DNA from: Escherichia phage IrisVonRoten
Direction: 5' to 3' (one strand)
Sequence record: MZ501075
Length of the DNA stretch: 64,000 bases
The notes under the pieces: model-generated
What the model was told of the DNA's origin: nothing
The model's database searches: none
Seen by the model: the letters and a program-made list of their open reading frames with translations, nothing else
Program-made: the position numbers and the translations under genes
Shown: piece by piece, positions 9,679 through 18,899 of the stretch
Position numbering within the stretch: position 1 is the stretch's first letter
Layout of the letters: each line of letters begins with the position of its first letter

Positions 9679-10824
9679 ATGACTACTTTACTAAACCTGA
9701 ATTGGGATCATACTAACGCTGATCTTTTCCTGGGCGATTCTCTAGGTATCGCAGATTATGTACGTGTAGCACATCCAGAACTAGAACGTCTGGCACTTCT
9801 GCAACGCTCTCAATTTTGGACTGAGACAGAAATCAGTTTAGAAGCTGATAAGAAACAATGGCCTAACCTCCCACGTGAAATTCAGGAAATTACACTTCTG
9901 AATTTAGCATGGCAGACTCAAACTGATTCCTTTATCAGTCGAGCGCCTGAAGCAGCTATTATGCCACTTGTAAGTCGTCCAGAACTAGAGGGTATGCTCA
10001 AGCAGTGGAGCTACTTTGAAGACCTGCATAGTCGTGCTTATAGTAATATTATTCGTAATGTGCTGACTGATCCAGCAGAATTTATTGATTCTGTAACTAA
10101 AAACCAAGAAGCATTTGCACGTATTGCAGATTCTGTTGAACTGTTCGATGAACTGTACCAGTTAGGTCAGTATTTCATCGCAGTACGTGATCATCGTGGT
10201 GACAATACATATCCAGAAACTGAGTTCCCTGAAGTTAAGCGTGAAACTCAGGCTAAACTGTTAGATGCTTATTTTGCAATCTACGGTCTGGAAGCAATGC
10301 AGTTCTACGCATCCTTTGCGTGTACTTTTGCTCTAGCAGAGAACGATATTCTGCAGGGTATTGCTAAAAATCTGCAATTAATCGCTAAAGATGAGGCTCT
10401 GCACACCCAGATGTCTAAAGCAATCATCCAGATTATGTTCCAGCAGTTTGACAAAGATCTGGTAGATGAAGCAGTGGCTAAAGCACCAGCACAGCTCCTG
10501 AAAACTCTGAAAACTGAAATTGAATGGGGTCATTTCATCTTCAAAGGTCGTAGTCTAATCGGTTTGAATGCAGAACTTCTAGAAGAATACTTGTACTTTG
10601 TGGGGCGTAATGCATTTATGCACATTGGTGTAGAATGGCCTAGTCACTTACCAGTAATCACTAAAAACCCTATTCCGTGGATCATGAACTGGTTGGATAC
10701 TACTTCTCTACAGCCTGCTCCACAAGAAATCCAGATTGGCGCAGCCTACCGTGTAGGTCAGGTAACTGAGACCTCTACTGATACTCTGAAAGATCTGGGC
10801 AATGAATTTGGAGATTTCCTATGA
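9679..10824 (+). CDS. nrdB: ribonucleoside-diphosphate reductase beta subunit (class I)
   Basis: 381 aa; di-iron ligand motifs DEALH and FYASFA..FALAE typical of R2. Confidence 0.9.
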   Translation: MTTLLNLNWDHTNADLFLGDSLGIADYVRVAHPELERLALLQRSQFWTETEISLEADKKQWPNLPREIQEITLLNLAWQTQTDSFISRAPEAAIMPLVSRPELEGMLKQWSYFEDLHSRAYSNIIRNVLTDPAEFIDSVTKNQEAFARIADSVELFDELYQLGQYFIAVRDHRGDNTYPETEFPEVKRETQAKLLDAYFAIYGLEAMQFYASFACTFALAENDILQGIAKNLQLIAKDEALHTQMSKAIIQIMFQQFDKDLVDEAVAKAPAQLLKTLKTEIEWGHFIFKGRSLIGLNAELLEEYLYFVGRNAFMHIGVEWPSHLPVITKNPIPWIMNWLDTTSLQPAPQEIQIGAAYRVGQVTETSTDTLKDLGNEFGDFL

Positions 10825-11354
10825 TTACAGCAATGTATGCAGTTGGGCCGAATGGGGAGTTCGGCCTCCGAGGTAAGCTTCCCTGGGGTTCTTTTAAAGA
10901 AGAACTAGATGCTTTTTATTCACAATTAGATGTACTAAATCCTGATAATATTATTATTGGGGCGGGTACTTATTTAGCTCTTCCATATGCCGTTAGGGAA
11001 CGTATGATTGGAGCTTCTGACCTATTTATTCGTGCTGATCGTCCATTGCCAGACGATATTACACATGATATTTACACTCCCATATCAATGATAGGTGATA
11101 CACTACCTACTTTTCTAAAAGATCAGCAAACAGTAGTTCTAGGTGGAGCTAATCTTCTTCTAGAAATGTACCAACATGGACATATTGAAAGTGCTTTTGT
11201 ATCTACAATTTTTAGCGAGCAGAAGCTAGAGGCAGATACACACCTAGATAGTATGATACTGGATTATAACTATGAATCCACTCGATTAGTCTATGCAGTT
11301 GGCGCAAACAGTGATAACAGCCTGCGATTTGTACAGGAATTGGTTACTTATTAA
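10821..11354 (+). CDS. dihydrofolate reductase
   Basis: 177 aa; position between nrdB and thymidylate synthase; overlapping ATGA junctions; weak motif support. Confidence 0.65.
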   Translation: MITAMYAVGPNGEFGLRGKLPWGSFKEELDAFYSQLDVLNPDNIIIGAGTYLALPYAVRERMIGASDLFIRADRPLPDDITHDIYTPISMIGDTLPTFLKDQQTVVLGGANLLLEMYQHGHIESAFVSTIFSEQKLEADTHLDSMILDYNYESTRLVYAVGANSDNSLRFVQELVTY

Positions 11355-12193
11355 TGCAACAATACTTAAAAATTTTGACAGATGTAATTTTACTAGGTGA
11401 ACCCCGTAATGACCGTACAGGAACAGGCACAGTTTCAATTTTTGATTCCTATGCTAAGTTTGACCTACGTGAAGGGTTCCCGGCTGTAACTACTAAACGC
11501 CTGGCCTGGAAATCAGTAGTAGGAGAACTTTTATGGTTCTTGTCTGGCTCCACAAATCTTCATGATCTACGTGTATTCACATTTGGGCGTGACGAAGGAC
11601 AGTGGACCATCTGGACTCCAAATTATGAAGACCAAGCTATAAGTATGGGGTATGATAAGGGTAATCTAGGACCAGTATATGGTAAACAGTGGCGTAACTT
11701 TGGTGGGCGAGATCAGATTCTAGAACTTATTGAAGGACTCAAGAATAATCCTCATGGCCGCAGACATCTAGTTTCTGCGTGGAACGTAGCTGAACTTGAT
11801 AAAATGGCATTACCACCTTGTCACTACGGCTTCCAGTGTTATGTAAGTAACGATGGATACCTAGATCTTAAATGGACACAACGCTCTGTGGATTGTTTCC
11901 TCGGTTTACCTTTCAATATTGCTAGTTATGCTTTATTAACGCATATATTAGCAAAACTGACAGGATTAAAACCTCGTTATCTTATCTTTAGTGGCGGTGA
12001 TACTCATATCTATAATGACCACATGGAACAGGTAGAAGAACAGGTAAAACGCAAGCCACGCCCTCTACCAACTCTAGTAATGCCAGAGTTTGTAGATCTT
12101 TACGATTTATTAGAAAACAATACAGCAGCTTGGTCATTCCATTTAGAGGGGTACGATCCTCATCCAGCTCTTAAAGCTAAAATGTCCTCTTAA
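11354..12193 (+). CDS. thyA: thymidylate synthase
   Basis: ThyA-type motifs RxxxSAWN and PPCH..FQCYV (active-site Cys). Confidence 0.9.
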   Translation: MQQYLKILTDVILLGEPRNDRTGTGTVSIFDSYAKFDLREGFPAVTTKRLAWKSVVGELLWFLSGSTNLHDLRVFTFGRDEGQWTIWTPNYEDQAISMGYDKGNLGPVYGKQWRNFGGRDQILELIEGLKNNPHGRRHLVSAWNVAELDKMALPPCHYGFQCYVSNDGYLDLKWTQRSVDCFLGLPFNIASYALLTHILAKLTGLKPRYLIFSGGDTHIYNDHMEQVEEQVKRKPRPLPTLVMPEFVDLYDLLENNTAAWSFHLEGYDPHPALKAKMSS

Positions 12194-12199
12194 CTTAAA

Positions 12200-12222
12200 T
12201 AGCCCTTCGGGGCTATTATATT
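12200..12222 (+). terminator. putative terminator hairpin after thyA
   Basis: tagcccttcggggcta then T-rich. Confidence 0.45.
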
Positions 12223-12232
12223 TAAATTTCAT

Positions 12233-12261
12233 TTGCTTATTTAGTGAAATTTAAATATAAT
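12233..12261 (+). promoter_or_regulatory. T5-type early promoter
   Basis: ttgcttatttagtgaaatttaaatataat. Confidence 0.55.
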
Positions 12262-12286
12262 ATATTTTATAAATTGGAGGTATACA

Positions 12287-12568
12287 ATGATTTCAGCCAA
12301 AGAAGCCCAAGAACTTGCAGGATTAACAGAAGTACCTGCATTTCTAAAGTTTATAGAAGAAAAGATTGTAGAAGCTGCTAAGTCTGGAAATACAGAAGTA
12401 ATTATTCGAGATAATCCTTACGCTAGGTGGCTATATAATCCTAGAGAAATGCCAGGAGCCGCTAAATCGGTACTAAAAACCTTATCGGATAAGGGGTATC
12501 ATCTCTCACAATACTACCGAGAAGCCACCTTTGTAGACATGGGTCTTAAAATTAGTTGGGAGGTATAA
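12287..12568 (+). CDS. hypothetical protein (93 aa)
   Basis: ORF with RBS ggagg upstream. Confidence 0.45.
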   Translation: MISAKEAQELAGLTEVPAFLKFIEEKIVEAAKSGNTEVIIRDNPYARWLYNPREMPGAAKSVLKTLSDKGYHLSQYYREATFVDMGLKISWEV

Positions 12569-13044
12569 TGTCGGTTTTCCACATTTATACAGATGGTGCT
12601 TGTAAGTCTAACCCAGGTCCAGGCGCTTGGGGTTTTATTGTCTATGATGATAACGACGATCGTTTAGGTTCTAAATCTGGTTATAACCCTAAAACTACAA
12701 ATAATGAGATGGAACTCACAGCTATCGTAGAAGCCCTACGTTGGTCTGTTAAAAAAGATAATAGACCAATTGCTATCTATACTGACTCTGCTTATTGCAA
12801 AAATGGCATGGAAAGTTGGATGTTTTCTTGGCAAAGGAAAGGCTGGAAGAAAGCAGATGGTGAAGTTCCTCTTAATCTAGAACTTTGGCAGGAAGCATTT
12901 AAATTAACACAGCAGTATATCAACTTTCATAATACTAACCCTACTTTTATTAAGGTTAAAGGACATTCTGGTATTAGTGGTAATGAAGCTGTAGACGCCT
13001 TATGTAACACAGTTATTACTGAAGCTGAAATGGCTGAGATGTGA
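12568..13044 (+). CDS. rnhA: ribonuclease H
   Basis: YTDGACKSNPGPGAWG...NNEMEL...YTDS motifs of RNase HI; start at ATG after gggagg. Confidence 0.8.
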   Translation: MSVFHIYTDGACKSNPGPGAWGFIVYDDNDDRLGSKSGYNPKTTNNEMELTAIVEALRWSVKKDNRPIAIYTDSAYCKNGMESWMFSWQRKGWKKADGEVPLNLELWQEAFKLTQQYINFHNTNPTFIKVKGHSGISGNEAVDALCNTVITEAEMAEM

Positions 13045-13064
13045 TAAATAAGTTAAAAATCTTC

Positions 13065-13093
13065 TTGCTTAAAGCCCTCTAATTTAGTATAAT
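13065..13093 (+). promoter_or_regulatory. T5-type early promoter
   Basis: ttgcttaaagccctctaatttagtataat. Confidence 0.55.
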
Positions 13094-13120
13094 ATTCGTA
13101 TTGAAAGTGAGGAGGGCTTT

Positions 13121-13405
13121 ATGCGAATTTATAACTCAAATTCATTAGGATTTAAACCGTTGAGAAAACGTGCACAATCACCTCGTCAAATAAGAAAGGC
13201 TAATATTGGTGAGCCAGAAACACGTCTTCCACCTCCTCCAGAACAACGTTTAGTTTATCTGGATGAAGAATTAGCTGAACGCGAAGGAAAAGCTCAAGAA
13301 GAGATTGAGCGTAAGAAAATGTGTACTGCTCCAGCCTACTCCAAAGGGGCTTATCAGTATATCTATACAGCCGAAGAGGCTAAAGATGCGGGGCGTAAAA
13401 AATGA
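13121..13405 (+). CDS. hypothetical protein (94 aa)
   Basis: ORF after RBS gaggaggg. Confidence 0.45.
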   Translation: MRIYNSNSLGFKPLRKRAQSPRQIRKANIGEPETRLPPPPEQRLVYLDEELAEREGKAQEEIERKKMCTAPAYSKGAYQYIYTAEEAKDAGRKK

Positions 13406-13851
13406 AGATTACTGAATTTAAAGGTGCTTATAGTTTCTTATCTAACTTTTATTTATCACCAATTACTTTCGAATATCTAAATGAAATATGGCATGCTGAT
13501 ACTGTAGAACATGCTTTTCAGGCTATGAAATCCGACCAAAAAGATGATGTAGCTCATGTACTACGCTCCCTAAATGCAGGAGTTGCTAAACGTAGAGGAC
13601 GTAAATTAACTCTACGCTCTGACTGGGATAAGGTAAAAGATGATGTAATGCTAGAGCTTTTACGGTTAAAGTTTGCAATCCCTGATTTGAGAGATAAACT
13701 GTTAGCAACAGAAAATGCAACTTTGATTGAAGGAAATACCTGGGGAGATACATATTGGGGTGTTTGCCGAGGCATCGGGGATAATACTTTAGGAGTTCTT
13801 TTGATGCAGGTAAGGTCTGAAATTAAAAGAAGCTTACAGTTAATAAATTAA
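13402..13851 (+). CDS. NADAR / YbiA-like (DUF1768) domain protein
   Basis: FLSNFY, EHAFQAMK and GNTWGDTYWG motifs characteristic of the NADAR (YbiA) fold. Confidence 0.65.
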   Translation: MKITEFKGAYSFLSNFYLSPITFEYLNEIWHADTVEHAFQAMKSDQKDDVAHVLRSLNAGVAKRRGRKLTLRSDWDKVKDDVMLELLRLKFAIPDLRDKLLATENATLIEGNTWGDTYWGVCRGIGDNTLGVLLMQVRSEIKRSLQLIN

Positions 13852-13859
13852 AAATTCAT

Positions 13860-13889
13860 TTGCTAAACGCTTCAAATTCTCGTATAATA
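13860..13889 (+). promoter_or_regulatory. T5-type early promoter
   Basis: ttgctaaacgcttcaaattctcgtataat. Confidence 0.55.
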
Positions 13890-13926
13890 TACTTCATAAA
13901 TTGATAAACAAAAAGGAAAACAAATA

Positions 13927-14442
13927 ATGGCTAAGCAGAAAAACGCAAAAACTCAAGCAGCTACTACAGTTAAAACTTTCCCGCAGACTGAGGCTAACCG
14001 CAAAGCTCGTCTGGAACGCCATCTGCGCAAGCACCCTACTGATGCTCAAGCTGCACAGGCACTGAATCGTCCGGCTCCGATTCGTCAAAAGCCGAAGGCT
14101 AAGAATGCTACTCGTTCTGTAGCCCGCCTTGTGACCTATGTACAGGGTTATGGCCACAAATCTGTTCCAGTAACACTGAGTTTCAATGCTGGAGCTGAAT
14201 TGTTCTCTCGTAATGGCATGGCCATGAAAGATTATGAGAAAGCAGTTAACCAGAAGCGTAAACCAACGGCAGATGTACTGCGTGATACTCGCGGACAGTT
14301 CGGTTCTGTTAAACCAAATATCTTTGGTGTAGAATATAGCAAAGATAACGTTCGTGCTCTGTGTTATGGTGTGGGGATTAAATTCACAGGCGATTCTGCT
14401 CGTAAATCTGCTAAACCAGCTCGCAAGCGTAAAGCGAAGTAA
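13927..14442 (+). CDS. basic (Lys/Arg-rich) protein, possible nucleic-acid binding
   Basis: 171 aa; highly basic N- and C-termini. Confidence 0.45.
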   Translation: MAKQKNAKTQAATTVKTFPQTEANRKARLERHLRKHPTDAQAAQALNRPAPIRQKPKAKNATRSVARLVTYVQGYGHKSVPVTLSFNAGAELFSRNGMAMKDYEKAVNQKRKPTADVLRDTRGQFGSVKPNIFGVEYSKDNVRALCYGVGIKFTGDSARKSAKPARKRKAK

Positions 14443-14501
14443 TAGATAGGGGCGAAAGCCCCTACAGTCAACTAATTCTCTAACCAATCCAGGATATTTT
14501 T

Positions 14502-14717
14502 ATGTTCTCTAAGAAACCACGTTCCGTTACTGAAATCGTTGCTTCCTTTACTACTATTACTGATGAACTTCAAGCTCGTATTGAGGCTGATCAGAAAATT
14601 GCTGCTGATATTCAGAAACAGCAGGAAGAACTCGCTCTGAAGTTGGCTGAAACCAACAAGAGCGAAAAATCTGCCCAAACTATTATGGAAAATATCCTTA
14701 AACTGCTTGGCAAGTAA
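14502..14717 (+). CDS. hypothetical coiled-coil protein (71 aa)
   Basis: ORF track. Confidence 0.4.
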   Translation: MFSKKPRSVTEIVASFTTITDELQARIEADQKIAADIQKQQEELALKLAETNKSEKSAQTIMENILKLLGK

Positions 14718-14724
14718 TTTAAAT

Positions 14725-14750
14725 CAGGGGGCGAAAGCCCCTCTTATTTG
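14725..14750 (+). terminator. putative terminator hairpin
   Basis: gggggcgaaagcccctc followed by TTATTT. Confidence 0.45.
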
Positions 14751-14758
14751 GAGAAATT

Positions 14759-14995
14759 ATGCGTAATTTTGTAGCAAAGAATGATTTTAACCGTGCTAGC
14801 ACTCATAAGTCCGCTAGAGATTATACACGACTTTCTAGTCATGAGGTAATGGATACCTGTTATGAAGAGCTGGAAGGTAGTTGGAATGAATGGCCTGACT
14901 TCTCTATGGAAGAGAACTGGGATGTCAGTGAGGATATGCTTCCTGGTTTCAAAGACCCCAAGAAGTGGGAGTCTATTAAAGAGACAGCTCTTTAA
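14759..14995 (+). CDS. hypothetical acidic protein (78 aa)
   Basis: ORF track. Confidence 0.4.
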   Translation: MRNFVAKNDFNRASTHKSARDYTRLSSHEVMDTCYEELEGSWNEWPDFSMEENWDVSEDMLPGFKDPKKWESIKETAL

Positions 14996-15023
14996 TAGTT
15001 TTCTACACAATAAAGGATAAGTT

Positions 15024-15725
15024 ATGAAAGTAAAACCATTTGGTATGCTAGATATTGAATCTCTAGGAACTCCAGGAGATTGTGGTACTACTCATATCGC
15101 AATGCCTTCTTTCGCTTTTGTGGCTATGCACGGAATTGATAAAGACCCTGATCTAGTGTTTGTTACTTTGGATGTACAAGATCAGCTTAACTCTGGAGCT
15201 AAAGTTACGGCATCTACTCTAGCATTCTGGATGGATCAAGCTAAGAATAGCCCATCAGCTCTACATATTATGGAAGCTATGAAGGAATGCAATCCAAAGC
15301 TGATTGCTTTTCAAGATGGTAAACATCACTGTACTAATAAGCTAGGCTCTAACTATGCAGCTTATTCTATGGCTAAAAACATTATGGAGTTGGCTCTAGG
15401 TGAGAATGCTTTGTATTATGGCAATGGCCCAGAGTTTGATATGACTATCTACTCTGCAAACACTTTCCATGCTGGAACCAATGAAGAAATAGTTCCGTGG
15501 AAATTCTGGAACTTAGGCAATGTTCGATCTCTCCGCAATCTCTGGATGCAGGCTGGTTATAGTTACAAAGACCTAGAAGCAGAGGGAATTAGCTGGGCAA
15601 AAGCTAAGATGGAGAAGATGGACACTATTCGTTATGGGATCTATCCGGTTAAGCATGATCCAGCATTCGATGCCTTAGTTGAGAGCTATTGTGTTGCAGC
15701 TATGGTCGAAAAAATCAAAATTTGA
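15024..15725 (+). CDS. putative DEDDh-type 3'-5' exonuclease
   Basis: N-terminal MLDIESLG (Exo I DxE-like) and C-terminal HDPAFDA (Exo III H-x4-D-like); motif reading only. Confidence 0.4.
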   Translation: MKVKPFGMLDIESLGTPGDCGTTHIAMPSFAFVAMHGIDKDPDLVFVTLDVQDQLNSGAKVTASTLAFWMDQAKNSPSALHIMEAMKECNPKLIAFQDGKHHCTNKLGSNYAAYSMAKNIMELALGENALYYGNGPEFDMTIYSANTFHAGTNEEIVPWKFWNLGNVRSLRNLWMQAGYSYKDLEAEGISWAKAKMEKMDTIRYGIYPVKHDPAFDALVESYCVAAMVEKIKI

Positions 15726-15754
15726 TTTGCTTCCAGCTTCAAAATTCTGTATAA
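15726..15754 (+). promoter_or_regulatory. T5-type early promoter
   Basis: ttgcttccagcttcaaaattctgtataat. Confidence 0.55.
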
Positions 15755-15795
15755 TATACTCATAAATTTGAGAAAACAACAAAAGGAAAACAAAT

Positions 15796-15978
15796 ATGCC
15801 AGTATCTAAAAATGTTCGTAAAAATGGTAAGAAAGCTACTCGTAATCTGGGTATTCGTCGTATGGCTGAACGTCAATCAGGTGTCCAGAAAATCTTTGAT
15901 ATGCTAAATCGTGCTAATCCTAAAATTGATAACAGTAAAGATACTGTTCTGCGTACCTTACTGGCAATGGGTCTGTAA
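15796..15978 (+). CDS. hypothetical protein (60 aa)
   Basis: ORF after RBS aaaggaaaa. Confidence 0.4.
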   Translation: MPVSKNVRKNGKKATRNLGIRRMAERQSGVQKIFDMLNRANPKIDNSKDTVLRTLLAMGL

Positions 15979-16030
15979 TAGACCAACTTTAAACAAATTC
16001 AAATCTTAAACTTCATATAAGGAAGAAACA

Positions 16031-16669
16031 ATGACCACTCGTATTTCTAAAACTCGTGCTCTAGCAACTATCAAATCTCTGGAAGCTAAAATCCGTAAAG
16101 CTACTGAACAGCAGCTTCTGATCGCTGTTGGTGAAGGTAAGGATAAAAACCAGGTTGTAGTTGGCGCTGCAATCGAAGTAGCTGATCTGTCTACTCGTAT
16201 TAAGACTGATTTCCAGTCTCTGCTGGATATGATGTCCCAGCGTGATCGTATCAAAGCTGCTCTGATTAAGAGCAATGCGGAAACAATCGTTGAGATTGGC
16301 TCTCGTAAGATGACTGTTGCGGAAGCAATTGAAGCTAAGCGTTCTATGGAGCTTAAAGCTCAGCTGCTGGCTAACATGCGTAAGCAGTTCCATGCCGCTA
16401 CGGTTAAGTTTAATACGCAGAAAGCACAGTTTGATGCTAAATATGAGCGTTTGCAGGATAGCATGGCTACCCGCGATAAGAAAACTTCCGAAGATGAAGT
16501 TAAAATGCAGCTCAACCTGCTGGAACTCAAGAATACTCCATTCTTGATTGATCCGCTGGAACTGGAAAAGCTGATTAAGCAGCATGACGAGGAATATCAG
16601 GACTTTGCAACAAATGTTGACTTTGTTCTGTCCGAGTCTAACGCCTCTACCTTCATTGAAGTAGAGTAA
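16031..16669 (+). CDS. hypothetical coiled-coil protein (212 aa)
   Basis: ORF after RBS aaggaag; large antisense ORF 16061..16810 judged spurious. Confidence 0.5.
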   Translation: MTTRISKTRALATIKSLEAKIRKATEQQLLIAVGEGKDKNQVVVGAAIEVADLSTRIKTDFQSLLDMMSQRDRIKAALIKSNAETIVEIGSRKMTVAEAIEAKRSMELKAQLLANMRKQFHAATVKFNTQKAQFDAKYERLQDSMATRDKKTSEDEVKMQLNLLELKNTPFLIDPLELEKLIKQHDEEYQDFATNVDFVLSESNASTFIEVE

Positions 16670-17052
16670 TAATTTAAAAGCTAGTAAATCGGTAGACGAA
16701 AGCCCAAGCATCTTACCTCGCAGCAGCGGTTGAAATACGAGGTTAAATAAGACCGCTGACCATACTATAAAGTATAATCTATTGGAGATTATGTTTATTA
16801 CATCAGACATTTAATCTGACACGTAAAAACAAAGCGTCGTTGATATTACCGACACAACTTCAAAGATCAACATTTAAGTATGAAAGCTGAAAAGTTTAAA
16901 GAACTCAAACTTCTAAACTTCTAAAGCTAAAAGATGCAAAGTATTCGTTGATGATTCAAACCCTAGATCAAAGGTACATGGCTCATAAGATATGGCCTGT
17001 GGCGCCTCTAGGCTGTTTATCGGTTTACTAGTTTCACAATTTAAAAATGTAT

Positions 17053-17081
17053 TTGCTAATTTATTAAGTTATCTGTATAAT
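17053..17081 (+). promoter_or_regulatory. T5-type early promoter
   Basis: ttgctaatttattaagttatctgtataat. Confidence 0.55.
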
Positions 17082-17111
17082 ATATTTTTAAATTGATGAA
17101 ACGAGGCTATT

Positions 17112-17429
17112 ATGACTTTTCATATTTTGATTGATGATGTGCGTAATCTTCACGGAATGGACATTATCATTCGAACCCCAGAAGCCGCTGTAGAGTTTCT
17201 GAATAAAACTGATACCACAGGCCACTTCGTTTATATGGATAATGACTTGGCTGTAGATGGTATGGAAGGTTATCAAATTCTTCGTTTACTCTTAGAATTT
17301 GGGCAGAGACCAAAGAAAGTGGTACTAGTAACCTCGAACCCAGTAGCTAAGCAAAATATGCGTAATGATTTGCTTGACTTAGGGTATAAAGAAAATCCCA
17401 ATCGTGTTGAATATGATTGGCAGGAGTAA
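17112..17429 (+). CDS. stand-alone receiver (CheY/REC-like) domain protein
   Basis: ILIDDV...YMDNDL..DGMEG...VVLVTSNP pattern resembling a receiver domain; motif reading only. Confidence 0.4.
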   Translation: MTFHILIDDVRNLHGMDIIIRTPEAAVEFLNKTDTTGHFVYMDNDLAVDGMEGYQILRLLLEFGQRPKKVVLVTSNPVAKQNMRNDLLDLGYKENPNRVEYDWQE

Positions 17430-17434
17430 AAAGA

Positions 17435-17884
17435 ATGAAGGCAGCGTTGCTTTTAGTAGCTGCCCTTACCTTCAGCTTTAGTAGTCAGGCATCGCACGAT
17501 GCAAAAGAAATAGATTGCATTGCTAAAAATATCTATTTCGAAAGTCGTGGTGAGGGCATAAAGGGAATGACGGCGATTGCACATGTTACTAAAAACCGTG
17601 TAAACTCCGGTAAATTCCCAGATTCCTACTGTAAAGTAGTATATCAGTCTAACCAGTTCTCTTGGGTATCTAAGAGACCAAAAGTTGATAAAACTGATGA
17701 GGCTTGGCAAACCGCTAAGAATTTAGCTAGAGTGATATACTACGTTGATTTACCACAAGATCCTACATATGGAGCACTTTACTTCCATAGTGGTAAAGAT
17801 AAACCTTACTGGACAAAGAAGTTTAAGAAAACAACTAAGATTAAGGGACATACGTTTTATAAACCTGTTGTCACTAAAACTTAA
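17435..17884 (+). CDS. secreted cell-wall hydrolase (SleB/Hydrolase_2-like)
   Basis: Signal peptide MKAALLLVAALTFSFSSQA; NIYFESRGEG...AIAHVTKNR...YCKVVYQSNQFSW motifs. Confidence 0.55.
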   Translation: MKAALLLVAALTFSFSSQASHDAKEIDCIAKNIYFESRGEGIKGMTAIAHVTKNRVNSGKFPDSYCKVVYQSNQFSWVSKRPKVDKTDEAWQTAKNLARVIYYVDLPQDPTYGALYFHSGKDKPYWTKKFKKTTKIKGHTFYKPVVTKT

Positions 17885-17892
17885 AAATTTAC

Positions 17893-17921
17893 TTGCTTAA
17901 ATACTTAAACTTCTGTATAAT
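17893..17921 (+). promoter_or_regulatory. T5-type early promoter
   Basis: ttgcttaaatacttaaacttctgtataat. Confidence 0.55.
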
Positions 17922-17952
17922 ACTTTCATAAATTAATGAGAGGAAGCGAAAT

Positions 17953-18123
17953 ATGAAATCAGTTGTAATTATTGGTGTTAATACTCGCGGTATTCGTACT
18001 ACGAAAACTGTTAAAACTTCCAACGTTGCTGAGATCACTACGAACCCTAAAAAGTTTGATTTCGCCAAAGTCTCAGCAGTTATGACAGAACAATCTTTTA
18101 ACCAAGCGTTAGGAATGAAATAA
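17953..18123 (+). CDS. hypothetical small protein (56 aa)
   Basis: ATG after RBS gagaggaagcg; below ORF-track length cutoff. Confidence 0.4.
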   Translation: MKSVVIIGVNTRGIRTTKTVKTSNVAEITTNPKKFDFAKVSAVMTEQSFNQALGMK

Positions 18124-18566
18124 TGGAAGAGAATATTTTAGATGTTTTGCGTAGAGCTTTGCAGGATTCTAAGTTTAATGGTTCTGATAAAGAAGTCGCT
18201 AAAAGCTACCAGACCATAATCGGGGATCTTCAGCGTATTGATAAAGATTTCATCACTTCTGAACAATTTGTGTCTTATCTCAAAGCTCAACTAAAAAGCA
18301 TTAACCAGATGAAAGCTAAACTTCATGGTCAAGATCTTGATAGTTATAGCTTGCAGTCCGCTCAGTATGAATACATTCTAAATAAGTGGTTGCAGGAGTA
18401 TCTGCCTCCTCAGTTATCTGATACTGAGATTCGTAAATACTTTGCAGAATTAGTTAAGCTAAACCCTGGAATTACAAAAGGTATGCTGATGAAAGCGATT
18501 AAGGAAGAATTTCCTGGGCGTTATGATGGTGGTACTGCTGCTCAGATTGCTGGCGAATTTAATTAA
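18123..18566 (+). CDS. GatB/YqeY-domain protein
   Basis: C-terminal KYFAELVKLNPGITKGMLMKAIKEEFPGRYDGG resembles YqeY family. Confidence 0.5.
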   Translation: MEENILDVLRRALQDSKFNGSDKEVAKSYQTIIGDLQRIDKDFITSEQFVSYLKAQLKSINQMKAKLHGQDLDSYSLQSAQYEYILNKWLQEYLPPQLSDTEIRKYFAELVKLNPGITKGMLMKAIKEEFPGRYDGGTAAQIAGEFN

Positions 18567-18574
18567 AAATTTAT

Positions 18575-18603
18575 TTGCTAAATGCCTATAAATTCTGTAT
18601 AAT
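18575..18603 (+). promoter_or_regulatory. T5-type early promoter driving an ORF-less RNA region
   Basis: ttgctaaatgcctataaattctgtataat; no ORF for about 900 bp downstream. Confidence 0.55.
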
Positions 18604-18826
18604 ATATTCATAAATTAGAGAACAGCGAGCCGATTACGCTGAGTGCAGAATCCCAACCGGAGCGCATTGAATAGAGTCGGTGGGTTAGTTGGAAAACTAG
18701 TACACAGGGGGCGGCAATCCCGGTTAGTGGCTAGAACGTGTAAAATGGGGCGTCTGAAACCTCTCCCCTAAACTCTTCTTTAATTTACTGATAGTGGGGT
18801 GTGGAAATCACTTATGTAGTAACACT

Positions 18827-18899
18827 GCCGATCTAGTATAAAACGGTATTATCAAGCCGTAACTGGTGGAAGATGTAGGTTCGAATCCTACGGTCGGTA
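18827..18899 (+). tRNA. tRNA-like gene; canonical acceptor and T-arm, anticodon arm unresolved
   Basis: Acceptor gccgatc/ggtcggt; T-arm gtagg-ttcgaat-cctac. Confidence 0.45.

Noticed and set aside
13894-14487. 197-aa minus-strand ORF antisense to the basic-protein gene
   Set aside because: Shadow ORF opposite a plus-strand gene that has a promoter and RBS.
16061-16810. 249-aa minus-strand ORF antisense to the 16031..16669 gene
   Set aside because: Leu/Ser/Phe-rich antisense translation typical of a shadow ORF; the plus-strand gene has an RBS and fits operon orientation.
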